Assembly: GCA_017444485.1 (NCBI GenBank) | Contig: JAFSWM010000103.1 | Location: forward strand, 4,845 to 68,844 | Direction: 5' to 3' | Origin: Bacteroidaceae bacterium | GTDB taxonomy: Bacteria; Bacteroidota; Bacteroidia; Bacteroidales; Bacteroidaceae | Length of the DNA: 64,000 nt | Shown: piece after piece, positions 21,510 through 31,237 of the stretch | Numbering within the stretch: the first letter of the stretch is position 1 | How the letters are laid out: each line of letters starts with the position of its first letter | Notes under the pieces: generated by a model | What the model was told of the DNA's origin: nothing | The model's input: only the letters and a program-made list of their open reading frames with translations | Databases searched by the model: none | Made by a program: the position numbers and the translations under genes

Positions 21510-23066
21510 TCATTCTCCCCAAGAGGCGCGGTCCAAGTTGCGATATCCCACGGCCTCTCCGATGTGACGAGCAGTGATTTGCGGCGCGCCCTCAAGGTCA
21601 GCAATGGTGCGCGACACCTTGAGGATGCGTTCATAGGCTCGTGCGCTGAGATTGAGCACACGCATGGCCTGTGCGAGACGCTTGGAGCCTTCGTCGTCGG
21701 GACGGGCATATTTCTCTATGAGACGGGCGGGCATCTGGGCATTGCAGTGTATGCCTTTCTCTTCGCGGAAACGTTCGGTCTGAATGTCGCGTGCCCGCAC
21801 CACACGCTCCCTGATGCTGTCGCTACTCTCTCCGCGCGGGGCTTGTGAGAGGTCTTGAATGGGCACAGGGGTTACTTCTACCTGTATGTCTATGCGGTCG
21901 AGCAACGGACCGCTGATGCGTCCCATGTAGCGTTGTATCTGCCCTGGCGTACAGGTGCACTCCTTCACGGGATGATTGTAGTACCCGCAGGGGCAGGGAT
22001 TCATCGACGCCACGAGCATGAAGGAGCAAGGCAACGTGGCGGTGTATTTGGTGCGCGAAATGGTGATTTGGCGGTCTTCAAGGGGCTGACGCATCGTCTC
22101 GAGAGCGGTGCGACTGAATTCTGGCAGTTCGTCAAGAAAGAGTATGCCGTTGTGGGCCAGGCTGATTTCTCCGGGTTGGAGTGCTGCTCCGCCGCCAATG
22201 AGTGCTACATCGCTGATGGTGTGGTGGGGCGACCGGAAGGGACGCTGAGCGATGAGGCTGGTCGTGCTGTTGAGTTTGCCGGCAATGGAATGTATCTGCG
22301 TGGTCTCCAGGCTCTCGCTCAGGGTGAGTTGCGGCAGTATCCCTGGCAAGCGCTTGGCCATCATGCTCTTGCCGCAGCCTGGAGAACCGATGAGCAAGAG
22401 GTTGTGACCGCCTGCCGCTGCCACTTCGAGGGCACGCTTCACATTCTCCTGCCCTTTCACATCGCTCATGTCGAGGGGATAGTTGCTTTGCGCAGCATAG
22501 AACTCCTCGCGGGTGTTGATTTCGGTGGGTTGCAACACGGCATGACCGTTGAGATGGTCGACCACGTCCTTGAGATGGGCAGCCCCAATGACACGAAGGT
22601 TGTTCACCACGGCAGCCTCACGCACGTTGTCGGCGGGCACGATGAGCGTGTCATAGCCTTTTGCCCGAGCGAGGATGGAGATGGAGAGTGCACCTTTCAC
22701 GGGGCGAATGCTTCCGTCAAGGCCCAGTTCTCCGACGAGCATGGTGCGCTCCAAGGCGCGGACATCTACCAGTTTCTCCACTGCGAGCAAGCCGATAGCA
22801 AGGGGCAGGTCGTAGGCAGTGCCTTCCTTGCGCACATCGGCAGGAGCGAAGTTGGCTATGATTTGGTTCTGTGGCGGCTGAAAGCGTGAGTTGGAGAGGG
22901 CAGACATCACGCGGGTGCTACTCTCACGCACGGCGTTGTCGGGCAGGCCTACCATGAATACGGCAGGCTCGCGCTCACGACGTTGCTGCTTGGTCTTGTC
23001 GATTTCAAGCGTCACGTCCTGGGCGGTGAGGGCGTTGAGCGAGGCGGTGTGTACTTTAACGAGCAT
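21510..23066 (-). CDS. comM: YifB/ComM-family Mg-chelatase-like AAA+ ATPase
   Basis: 518 aa. Lon-protease-like N-terminal domain (DLPLAIGLL), Walker A motif LLIGSPGCGKSM, and a ChlI-type core (GILFLDELPEF). Confidence 0.88.
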   Translation of the reverse strand: MLVKVHTASLNALTAQDVTLEIDKTKQQRREREPAVFMVGLPDNAVRESSTRVMSALSNSRFQPPQNQIIANFAPADVRKEGTAYDLPLAIGLLAVEKLVDVRALERTMLVGELGLDGSIRPVKGALSISILARAKGYDTLIVPADNVREAAVVNNLRVIGAAHLKDVVDHLNGHAVLQPTEINTREEFYAAQSNYPLDMSDVKGQENVKRALEVAAAGGHNLLLIGSPGCGKSMMAKRLPGILPQLTLSESLETTQIHSIAGKLNSTTSLIAQRPFRSPHHTISDVALIGGGAALQPGEISLAHNGILFLDELPEFSRTALETMRQPLEDRQITISRTKYTATLPCSFMLVASMNPCPCGYYNHPVKECTCTPGQIQRYMGRISGPLLDRIDIQVEVTPVPIQDLSQAPRGESSDSIRERVVRARDIQTERFREEKGIHCNAQMPARLIEKYARPDDEGSKRLAQAMRVLNLSARAYERILKVSRTIADLEGAPQITARHIGEAVGYRNLDRASWGE

Positions 23067-23078
23067 CGGGCACTTGTA

Positions 23079-24086
23079 TCACTTGAGTTTCTTGACTTCT
23101 TCGGGCAATCGCTTCGGCTCTATGTCGCGGGCTTTTACACGTCCGTCGCTCCCCACAAGGATGCTGGTAGAGACATATTGTGCACCGATGGCTTGTGCTG
23201 TGGGGGAGGCGAAAGATTTGCCGTCGCACACCACCGGTGCTCGAAGGCTGTCGGTGGCCAGGCGTTGCCGCAGACGTATCGTGTCGGTATCAAGACTCAC
23301 GAGCATGATTTGCAACCCCTCTGGTCCATTGCGCCGCGCCTCGTGCAGTAGGCGCAATTGCTCGTTGAAGTTTTGTGCCCAGGTGGCTACGAGTGCGATG
23401 ACCAGGGGCTTGCCCACGAAGTCGGAGGTGCTGACAGTCCCTCCTGCGATGGTCGGTGCGCTGAAATCGGGCAGGGGTTTGCCAGGTGGGCAGACGAGTT
23501 TGGGACGCAGCGCTTGCTCCACATGGCGCAGGGCGCGGCTCTTGGGCTGCGCCTTCTTGAGCACGGACAGCAGGCTGCTCACCGTGGCGGGGTCGGGATA
23601 CTGTTGGCGGGCAAAGACATCGCGCAACACGGCTATTGCTGCGAGGCTCCCTGAGTGGCTGCGGATGAAATCGGCGGCGGCGCGGCGCACATCGGCCTCG
23701 CTCTTGCCAAGCGTCCTCATACGAAACTCTGTGAGCAGTTTGTTCTCTTCCGTACCTGCCACATCCATCCCTGCGAGGTTTTGTGCATCGCCGCTGATGC
23801 TCACGGTGGCTCCTGGTTCGAGGATGATGGAGTACTCGGTGAAGTTTTGCAGCAAGAGGGTGTATAGGCACGGCTCAATCACGCTGATATCGCCCTTGAA
23901 CTTGCCTTTCTCTACGCGCAGGGTGTCGATGCCTTCTGTGGTACCGTCGGCACAATAGAGGTAGAGTTCTGCATGCCGCACATGCCCTATCTCGCCCTCC
24001 ACGCGCACCTCATCCTTACCTGGGCCGCAGGCTGTGAGCAATGCGGCGAAGGCACTCCATAATATATATATGACAAGGCGGGGCAT
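23079..24086 (-). CDS. TlpA/AhpC-like thioredoxin-fold lipoprotein lacking the CxxC motif
   Basis: Lipoprotein signal ...AALLTAC. DUF4369-like N-terminal beta domain. The C-terminal thioredoxin-like fold has PLPDFSAP...GKPLVIALVATWAQNFNEQ where family members normally have WCxxC. Confidence 0.6.
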   Translation of the reverse strand: MPRLVIYILWSAFAALLTACGPGKDEVRVEGEIGHVRHAELYLYCADGTTEGIDTLRVEKGKFKGDISVIEPCLYTLLLQNFTEYSIILEPGATVSISGDAQNLAGMDVAGTEENKLLTEFRMRTLGKSEADVRRAAADFIRSHSGSLAAIAVLRDVFARQQYPDPATVSSLLSVLKKAQPKSRALRHVEQALRPKLVCPPGKPLPDFSAPTIAGGTVSTSDFVGKPLVIALVATWAQNFNEQLRLLHEARRNGPEGLQIMLVSLDTDTIRLRQRLATDSLRAPVVCDGKSFASPTAQAIGAQYVSTSILVGSDGRVKARDIEPKRLPEEVKKLK

Positions 24087-24113
24087 ATATGTGTGCGCTC
24101 TTTATTAGAGGAA

Positions 24114-25814
24114 TTACCTTACGAGGCTTTGGAACGTGGCGTCGTTGAAGAGTGTGACGAACTCCAGGTCGGTGGCTGCGCGCTGCTTGAGTGTGGGGTC
24201 GGCGGCAAGGGCTGTACGCAGGGCGCTGAGCGCGTCGTTGTGCTTACCGATGCGGGCGGCTACGATGGCTTTCAGATAGTCAGTGGTGGCATCGGGGGTG
24301 GTGATGGCGGCCAGTGTGCCAGCGGCATTGCTGTAGTCGCCGGCAAGTACCTGTGCCAGGGCGGTGCTGTTGGTGTTGGCACCGGTCAGGCTCTGTGCTG
24401 CCTGGCGGAACTTGCCCTGCGAGATTTGCAGGTTGCCGAGTGCCTGGGCATAGCCTTTGGCTGCGGTGGCTCGGGTGAGGAAGTCTTCGGCCTCGTCGCT
24501 ACGGCCTTGTGCCAGCGATACGAGTGCGCTGTTGAGGTTCACCTCGGCGGCGTCGGCTTTGAGGGCTCGGGCACGGGTGAGCAGATTGGAGGCCTGTGCA
24601 TAGTCTCCCTGCTGATAGGCGAGGGTGGCGAGGTTGTTGAGCGGGCGGTAGTCGCTGGGGTTCTGTGTGGCGGCGGCTTGGTAGATGCGGCGCTGCAGGG
24701 CTGCGTCGTTGGTCAGCGTGCCACCATAGATGAGTTCTTCTACGTTGAGTTTGGTGGGGTCGGTGTTGAACTGCGCCAGGATTTCATCGTCGCTGCGCCC
24801 GATGATGTTGTAGTTGATAATCATGCGTGCTCGGCGCAGTGCGGGCAGCACGGTGTCGGCCAGTTCGCCGTAGGCTGCGCTGATGTTGCGCACTTGGCGC
24901 TCGCGCTCTTCGGGGTCTTCGTACATGGAGAGTACGCGTAGGATGACGTCTTTGTCCTGTATGTCGGAGGCTGCCACGAGTTGCTGGAATCCTTCCCAGT
25001 CTTCGGCGGTGTAGTTGGTGGTGACACTGGTCTGCAGTCCGAGGCTGTCGAGTTGGCTGCGCAGGAACTGCTCTGAGGTGCCGCCACGTCGTTCGGCGAG
25101 TTGGCGGTTGAAGTCGAGTTTACCTTCGGGCGAGGCATAGGCGCTGATGGTGATGCCGTCGATGGCGTAGCCGGTGTCTTCGGCCTTGATTTGCCGCAGG
25201 GTTTGGAGGAAGTCTTGCACGCTGCGTCCTTGCACTTCGCTCTGCCTGACGTCGGCCTTGGCGAGGAGGTAGTGGATTTGTGCTTCTTGCTGCTGGGCTA
25301 TGGCGTACTGGTAGTTGTCGGTACTGAGGGTGGGGCGTATGGTGGCGGCGGCGCGTGTGGCGAGGGTGGAGGTGGCCAGCACGCCGGGGGCTACGTAGAT
25401 GTCGGGCAGGACGGTGGTCTTCTTGCCTTTTTGCTGCACCACGCGCATGTAAAGTCCGCTATGCATCATGGCGGGTTCGAAGTCAAAGACCTCGCGCTGT
25501 GTGTAACTGCCGCCGAGTCGGTAACTGATCTCGCGGGCGTTGCCGCGCACTTTCTCGCCCTGGAACGTCATGGTTTCGCCGCGTGCCTCGCCTCCTTCGT
25601 AGCGTAGCACGGGTGTGACGGCCACGGTGGACTTGCGGTTCATGAACTTCTCGGGGAAGCGTCCGCTGATCACCACGGGCACTTTGCCGCCGCCTTCTTC
25701 AAGCGTCTGCGGGGTGACGGTGAAGTGGTCCGACGTGAGTTGCGGCTGCTTGCTGCAGCCTGCTGCCAGCAGGGTGGCCAGGAGTGCGATGAGTGAGAGT
25801 CGTAGGGTTTTCAT
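24114..25814 (-). CDS. TPR-repeat lipoprotein with an OmpA-like segment
   Basis: 566 aa from the ATG at 25814 (MKTLRLSLIALLATLLAAGCSK lipobox). Central SAYASPEGKLDFNRQLAERR is OmpA-like. The C-terminal ~250 aa is TPR-like (YQQGDYAQASNLL..., LAQGRSDEAEDFL...). Confidence 0.55.
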   Translation of the reverse strand: MKTLRLSLIALLATLLAAGCSKQPQLTSDHFTVTPQTLEEGGGKVPVVISGRFPEKFMNRKSTVAVTPVLRYEGGEARGETMTFQGEKVRGNAREISYRLGGSYTQREVFDFEPAMMHSGLYMRVVQQKGKKTTVLPDIYVAPGVLATSTLATRAAATIRPTLSTDNYQYAIAQQQEAQIHYLLAKADVRQSEVQGRSVQDFLQTLRQIKAEDTGYAIDGITISAYASPEGKLDFNRQLAERRGGTSEQFLRSQLDSLGLQTSVTTNYTAEDWEGFQQLVAASDIQDKDVILRVLSMYEDPEERERQVRNISAAYGELADTVLPALRRARMIINYNIIGRSDDEILAQFNTDPTKLNVEELIYGGTLTNDAALQRRIYQAAATQNPSDYRPLNNLATLAYQQGDYAQASNLLTRARALKADAAEVNLNSALVSLAQGRSDEAEDFLTRATAAKGYAQALGNLQISQGKFRQAAQSLTGANTNSTALAQVLAGDYSNAAGTLAAITTPDATTDYLKAIVAARIGKHNDALSALRTALAADPTLKQRAATDLEFVTLFNDATFQSLVR

Positions 25815-26650
25815 TGCTGTGTAGGTTTTTTGATGGCTTTGTAGAGGAAGTAGCAGCCCACTGCCGCAAAGGGCAGGCTGAGCATCTGGCCTTGGTTCAG
25901 GCCTATGGCGGATACCATGTTGAGTTCCCACTGCTCTTGCACTTCCTTGAGGAACTCGATGAAGAAGCGGAAGGTGAAGATGCTGCCCACGCAGAGGCCG
26001 AAGTAGAAGCCTGTGCCGGGGCGGCGGAAGTCTTTGAGATAGAACGCGAGGGTGACGAAGAAGAGCGTCAGATAGGCCATTGCCTCGTAGAGTTGTGCAG
26101 GATGGCGTGCGAATTCCTCGCCGTTCTGCACGAAGACGAAGCCCAGTGCGCTCGTGGTGGCCTTGCCCACTATCTCGCTGTTCATCAGGTTGCCCAGGCG
26201 TATGGCGCAGGCGGTGATTGGGGTGGCGATGCCGATGATGTCCACCACGGTGAGCATCGGCACCTTATAGCGGCGCACGTAGAGCCACAGGGCCAGTATG
26301 ATACCTGCCGTGCCGCCGTGGCTGGCCAATCCGGCATAGCCCGTGAGTTTCCACGAGCCGTCGGCCATCTGACGGATGGGGAGGAACATCTCCAGCGGGT
26401 GGGCGAGGAAGTAGCCTGGTTCGTAGAACAGGCAGTGCCCCAGCCGCGCGCCGAGGATGATGCCCAGGAAGCAATAGATGAAGAGCGGGTCGAACTTCTC
26501 CTGCCCTATCTTCTCGCGCCGGTAGAGCCATTGCACGACGAAGTAGGCCACCGCCAGTCCGGCGCACCATAGCAAGCCGTACCAGCGCACCTCGTAGCCG
26601 CCGAGCGTGAAGAACACCTTGTCGGGGTCCCAGATGATGAAGTTAAGCAT
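25811..26650 (-). CDS. lgt: Prolipoprotein diacylglyceryl transferase
   Basis: 279 aa, multi-TM. Motifs VRWYGLLW, LGARLGHCLFYEP, SHGGTAG. 4-nt overlap with the downstream lipoprotein gene. Confidence 0.88.
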   Translation of the reverse strand: MLNFIIWDPDKVFFTLGGYEVRWYGLLWCAGLAVAYFVVQWLYRREKIGQEKFDPLFIYCFLGIILGARLGHCLFYEPGYFLAHPLEMFLPIRQMADGSWKLTGYAGLASHGGTAGIILALWLYVRRYKVPMLTVVDIIGIATPITACAIRLGNLMNSEIVGKATTSALGFVFVQNGEEFARHPAQLYEAMAYLTLFFVTLAFYLKDFRRPGTGFYFGLCVGSIFTFRFFIEFLKEVQEQWELNMVSAIGLNQGQMLSLPFAAVGCYFLYKAIKKPTQQ

Positions 26651-26696
26651 GGTGTGAGTCTCTTTGTCTTTTTCGGGTGTCTGTCAGCCTGAAGGG

Positions 26697-26755
26697 GGAA
26701 GTATAACTTCCGGGGCGAGGAAGTATAACTTCCTAAAAGAGGAAGTCCCACTTCC
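26697..26755. repeat. Three phased 15-bp palindromes (GGAAGT-N3-ACTTCC) with a 22-bp period
   Basis: GGAAGTATAACTTCC at 26697-26711 and at 26719-26733; GGAAGTCCCACTTCC at 26741-26755. They lie between the ychF stop (26769) and the lgt start (26650). Confidence 0.85.
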
Positions 26756-26768
26756 TATTTCTGGTACA

Positions 26769-27872
26769 TCAGACGTTGAAACGGAAGTGCATAATGTCGC
26801 CGTCTTGCACCTCATAGTCCTTGCCTTCCACATGCAGCAGTCCGGCCTCGCGCACCGCGGCCTCACTGCCCAGGCGCAGGTAGTCCTCGTACTTGATGAC
26901 CTCGGCACGTATGAAGCCGCGCTCGAAGTCGGTGTGGATCACGCCGGCACACTGTGGGGCTTTCCAACCCTTGCGATAGGTCCAGGCCTTGACCTCCATC
27001 TCGCCAGCGGTGATAAACGTCTGCAGGCCCAGCATGTGGTAGGCCGTCCGCACCAGGCGGTTGCAGCCGCTCTCGCTCAGGCCAGCGTCTTCGAGGAACA
27101 TCTGCCGCTCCTCGTAACTCTCCAACTCAGCGATGTCGGCCTCGGTGCGTGCCGCAATGACCAGCAGTTCAGCACCCTCGTCCTTAATCGCCTCGCGCAC
27201 AGCCTCCACATAAGCGTTGCCCGCAGCGGCCGAGGCCTCGTCCACGTTGCAAACATAGAGCACGGGTTTCGCCGTGAGCAAGAACAAGTCGCGCGCCGCC
27301 TGCTGCTCCTCCTTGGAGTCAAACTGCACGGTGCGCGCCGAGCGCCCGCCCTCGAGCGCCGCTTTATAGGCCTGCAACACCCCGAGTTCCACCTTGGCCT
27401 CCTTGTTGTTGCCAATCGTGGCCAGTTTCTCCGTCTTGGCCAGGCGAGCCTCCACGGTCTCCAGGTCCTTGAGTTGCAATTCAGTGTCGATGATCTCCTT
27501 GTCGCGCACAGGGTTGACACTGCCGTCCACATGCACCACATTGCCGTCGTCAAAGCAGCGCAACACATGGATGATGGCGTCCGTCTGGCGGATGTTGCCA
27601 AGGAACTGATTGCCCAGCCCCTCGCCCTTCGACGCACCCTTCACCAGCCCCGCGATATCCACAATCTCCACCGTGGCCGGAACGATGCGGCCCGGATGAA
27701 CGATTTCCGCCAGCCGCGTCAGCCGCTCATCGGGCACAGTGATGACACCCACGTTGGGCTCAATGGTGCAAAAAGGGAAATTGGCCGCCTGCGCCTTAGC
27801 GCTCGACAGGCTGTTGAACAAGGTGGACTTCCCCACATTGGGCAGTCCCACGATGCCGCATTGTAATGCCAT
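26769..27872 (-). CDS. ychF: Redox-regulated ATPase YchF
   Basis: Motifs [15 protein letters not shown] and [11 protein letters not shown]-terminal YchF/TGS-like end [29 protein letters not shown]. Confidence 0.93.
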   Translation of the reverse strand: MALQCGIVGLPNVGKSTLFNSLSSAKAQAANFPFCTIEPNVGVITVPDERLTRLAEIVHPGRIVPATVEIVDIAGLVKGASKGEGLGNQFLGNIRQTDAIIHVLRCFDDGNVVHVDGSVNPVRDKEIIDTELQLKDLETVEARLAKTEKLATIGNNKEAKVELGVLQAYKAALEGGRSARTVQFDSKEEQQAARDLFLLTAKPVLYVCNVDEASAAAGNAYVEAVREAIKDEGAELLVIAARTEADIAELESYEERQMFLEDAGLSESGCNRLVRTAYHMLGLQTFITAGEMEVKAWTYRKGWKAPQCAGVIHTDFERGFIRAEVIKYEDYLRLGSEAAVREAGLLHVEGKDYEVQDGDIMHFRFNV

Positions 27873-27927
27873 TCTTTCTTTAGTTTTCGTCCGTTAAAAA
27901 CACGCCCTCCCTCTCCGAAAGGCGGTG

Positions 27928-27935
27928 CAAAGATA
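27928..27935 (-). promoter_or_regulatory. -7 promoter box (TATCTTTG on the minus strand) for ychF
   Basis: The reverse complement of CAAAGATA lies about 55 nt upstream of the ATG at 27872. Confidence 0.45.
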
Positions 27936-27950
27936 CAGCAAGGCGAGCGC

Positions 27951-27976
27951 AAAGAAAAGCAAAAAGACCTTTTTGC
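27951..27976 (-). terminator. Weak AT-rich stem-loop terminator after the transporter gene
   Basis: Minus strand: GCAAAAAG-GU-CUUUUUGC followed by UUUUCUUUG. It lies about 40 nt after the stop at 28013. Confidence 0.4.
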
Positions 27977-28012
27977 TTGGCTTTGCCGAGCCGCAACGTA
28001 TCCTCGCGACGA

Positions 28013-28978
28013 TTACAGACGGGAAGCCCGCGCCTTGCGATGTATCTGCCAACTGTTCACCAAGTTCTGCCACAGCACGTAGCAGCCCGGCGCCAGCGCA
28101 GTGACCGGATTGAGAAAAGCCGTAGCCGCCCAAATGATAAGCGCCGTGTTCTTCTGCCCAAGAGCCTGTCCGCCCTCCACACGGCAGCCATAGCGCGTCC
28201 CAATCCGCCGGCCAGCAGCAAACTGCACCAGGCACACCGCCAGCGCCACAGCAGCCAGCGCCACAAGCATCAGCGCAGGGAGGCCAGCATGGTCGATGGC
28301 ACGCACCGTGATACCGCTCGTAGTGGCCAAAGCCACACACCATAAATAGAAAGGCAAGTCGCTATGACGCGCCACCCAGCGGTAAACCAGCCCCACATAC
28401 CTCCTCACCGCCCAGCCCAACAAAAGCGGCAGCGTCAGCACAGACCCCACACGCAGCAACACGTCCCACCCCACACGCACCATTGCCGCAGCCCCGCCGC
28501 CCCCATCTCCAGCAAGCAACGTAGCACAAACGGGGATAAGCAGCGTGGACAGCAGGCTGGAGACCAGCACATAAGCCGTCATACTGCTCACATCGCCACC
28601 CAGTTTCCCCGTCACCACTGGCGAAGCAGTGGCACACGGAGCAATGAAGCAAGCCATACCGCCCGCAGCCACCATCTGCCAACCACCCGTAGCACACAGC
28701 GCCGCCACAAGGCACACGCCGCCACCCATCAGTTGCACCAAAGTGACCGGCAGCGCCCAACGCGCAGGGCGCAAGCGGCGGAAATCCACCTTGCAGAACG
28801 TGGCCCACAGAATAAGGAACACATTGAACGGGAACAGACGCTCCACCCACGGCGTAAGCACCTCGGCTGCCGGATGGAGCACAGACACCCGCGTGAAACA
28901 AAGATAGGCCGCCACCCCCACAGCAATCGCCACAGGCAGCGTCCACTCCTTCAAGAAACGTACAAGCCTACCCCACAT
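28013..28978 (-). CDS. Bile acid:sodium symporter (BASS/SBF)-like membrane transporter
   Basis: About 10 TM segments. The two half-site motifs ASPVVTGKLGGDVSSMT and LGQKNTALIIW resemble the BASS signature regions. The track start is a GTG at 28990, and I prefer the ATG at 28978. Confidence 0.5.
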   Translation of the reverse strand: MWGRLVRFLKEWTLPVAIAVGVAAYLCFTRVSVLHPAAEVLTPWVERLFPFNVFLILWATFCKVDFRRLRPARWALPVTLVQLMGGGVCLVAALCATGGWQMVAAGGMACFIAPCATASPVVTGKLGGDVSSMTAYVLVSSLLSTLLIPVCATLLAGDGGGGAAAMVRVGWDVLLRVGSVLTLPLLLGWAVRRYVGLVYRWVARHSDLPFYLWCVALATTSGITVRAIDHAGLPALMLVALAAVALAVCLVQFAAGRRIGTRYGCRVEGGQALGQKNTALIIWAATAFLNPVTALAPGCYVLWQNLVNSWQIHRKARASRL

Positions 28979-28982
28979 CGCC

Positions 28983-30575
28983 TCATACACCCTTTATGGC
29001 CATGATCCCGTCGTTGAAATGCTCACGGTCGATAGCCCCAGCCCGCAGTTTGTTGCGATAGAAGTATATGGTATTCACAGAGAGGTTCAGAATCGTAGCC
29101 ACACGCCCAGCGTCCGTGATACCAAGACGCCACAGCGCCAGCAACCGCAGTTCAGTAGAGAGCAGTTCGTTCTCCGGCTTACTGACCTGATTCTCCGGCG
29201 TCATCAGCGCATTCACCTGAGCAATAAAATTGGGATACAAGCGTATGAAAGCGATGTCGAACTTGCGGAGCAGTTCCCGCTGCGCCTTGGCCGTGCCGTT
29301 CTGCGACGACAATTGTTTAAGCAGGCTGGCCGCGTCATTGTTTTTCAACCTGCGCACCACCAGGTTGCGCAGATGCACAAACTCAAACGTGGCATCGGTG
29401 GCAATACCCATGAAATGCGTCAGCGCATCAGCCTGCGCCTCTGCCTGCACACGGTCGGCAGCAACCTGCACACCAGCCTCTGTTCGGCCTTTCTCCAAAA
29501 CGAAGATCTCTTGTCTGAACTTGCGCAAACGCCGCTTGGTAAGCCACCATTGCAACGACGCTAAGAGCACAATCAGCACCAGCACAATCACCACTACAAT
29601 GGTCACCGTACGCCAGAAGCCCACTTTTAGGGATATATGATCCTGCACCTGCTTGAGCAAAGGCGATAGTTGCACCTCCCGCGAACGCGAGCCATAAAAT
29701 AAGGCCTGGTCGTGCGCCAACGTGATGTAGGCCTCCGCTCGGTCCCAGTCCTTCTCGTCAATCATCTCCTTGCCCACCTTGATCAGCGCTTCATTGTCCA
29801 GACGCGCAGCACGAATGTGGTAGATGGCCGAAAGGATCAGATAGATCTCGCGCTCATCGGGCATGGCCTCCGACTGGTATCGGTTGGAAATAATGATGGA
29901 CAGCGTGGCACGCTCCATGTCGGTGGTCGCATGCTCAAAACGCTTCAGCAACTGCTCGATGATCTCCTTCGAACTGGTGACGGCGGCGTTCGTGTGCAAG
30001 GCTTGCTCAGTGTTGTCAGGGCAATAGTGGTAGAAAGAATCGCGTATGGCAGCAATGGCTATTCCACTCTGCGTCTGGAGCACATCTGGCAAGTTCAGAT
30101 GATAGATGTAGTCGTTTACATCAAAATAGGACTCATAGATCACTTTGCGCAAAGACGGATTTCTGGCAGCAGGATTATGCAACAGGCTGTCCAGCACACC
30201 GAACCCATAGGTGGCCAATCCTCCCATCCCGTACAATATAGCACGCTCGCACATCAGATTAACATAGAGTGCATCATCGGCCTGCTCCTTGGCTATACGC
30301 ACAGAAATATCATTGTAGTAGAGTGCGCTGTCGTTCTGATAGACAAAGAACAAGATAGAAAGGTTCCTCGCACAACGCAATCGCTCCTCATAGCCCGAAG
30401 CAGCATGAATCTCACGCCGGGCCTGGGCTATCCTTCCCTCATGGCGGGCTCTGAAATGCGACGCGTGCTGAACAGCGTAATCCAACTCAAGCAAGAGCGA
30501 ATCACGATCGTACTTTGCGGCATTGCTCTGCAAAACAAGCGCAAGAGCAAAGAAAAAGAAAACTCCTATCCTCAT
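28983..30575 (-). CDS. DUF6377-like regulator (helical N-terminal repeat domain, one TM, C-terminal HTH)
   Basis: 530 aa. Signal/anchor, then a TPR-like helical region, a TM segment (WRTVTIVVVIVLVLIVLLASLQWW), and a C-terminal HTH (LSTELRLLALWRLGITDAGRVATILNLSVNTIYFYRNKLR). Confidence 0.6.
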   Translation of the reverse strand: MRIGVFFFFALALVLQSNAAKYDRDSLLLELDYAVQHASHFRARHEGRIAQARREIHAASGYEERLRCARNLSILFFVYQNDSALYYNDISVRIAKEQADDALYVNLMCERAILYGMGGLATYGFGVLDSLLHNPAARNPSLRKVIYESYFDVNDYIYHLNLPDVLQTQSGIAIAAIRDSFYHYCPDNTEQALHTNAAVTSSKEIIEQLLKRFEHATTDMERATLSIIISNRYQSEAMPDEREIYLILSAIYHIRAARLDNEALIKVGKEMIDEKDWDRAEAYITLAHDQALFYGSRSREVQLSPLLKQVQDHISLKVGFWRTVTIVVVIVLVLIVLLASLQWWLTKRRLRKFRQEIFVLEKGRTEAGVQVAADRVQAEAQADALTHFMGIATDATFEFVHLRNLVVRRLKNNDAASLLKQLSSQNGTAKAQRELLRKFDIAFIRLYPNFIAQVNALMTPENQVSKPENELLSTELRLLALWRLGITDAGRVATILNLSVNTIYFYRNKLRAGAIDREHFNDGIMAIKGV

Positions 30576-31137
30576 CTCAATAATGTTTTTCTCCGCAAAA
30601 GTAAAAAAATCATTGCAAACAAGTTTTCTTTCTCCAATTTTATTATTACCTTTTACCCATCCATGTTATTCATTTTTCATACAACATAATCTAAAATCTA
30701 TTATTACCTCTATGACTACCGTACTTAATCTTTTGATTTTCATTATATGACATCTTTATACGTCTTTAGGCCAAATTATTGTGCTCTTGTAAGCATGCAA
30801 GAACCTATTGTATTTTTGCACTGTCTTTTCGAACAGGCGTAAATGTCTGTTTCGTGACACGCCAACCCTTTGTGGTGCCTCACAGAACCCATAAAAGAGA
30901 TCTTTAAACTGATTTGGCATCTCCTGTAACAGGCTATGACGACACCTTTTGGGACTTGACAAAAAAGCCAAGAGTTGCCCGCTTTTGCAACTGGGGTGAA
31001 AAATTGCAGAAAACGACAATTGATCTTTTATTCGAAGCTGAAAGCAATCCTGGTCGCACTACCGTTTCCTAAATTACTGTTATTTGTTATTCTCTTCATT
31101 GAACAGGAACGGCTTTCTACATGCTTCATTTTCTTGC

Positions 31138-31175
31138 GTCCGCCTTTTCTCATCATTATTCTGAGAAAGGCGGAC
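31138..31175 (-). terminator. Stem-loop downstream of polA (possible terminator; no clear U-tract)
   Basis: 13-bp stem with one bulge, GTCCGCCTTTTCTC / GAGAAAGGCGGAC, about 63 nt after the polA stop. Confidence 0.35.
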
Positions 31176-31237
31176 ACTGCTTTATATAAAGAGGCCTACA
31201 TGACACAAAGGCCTGCCGTTGATGCGTCTGGAAAAGG

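Noticed and set aside
30756-31019. 87-aa minus-strand ORF in the AT-rich island, considered as a possible small gene.
   Set aside because: It has no promoter box in a sensible position, an odd Cys/Phe/Lys/Arg-rich composition and no recognisable family. It was not called as a CDS, and the region is reported as a finding instead.
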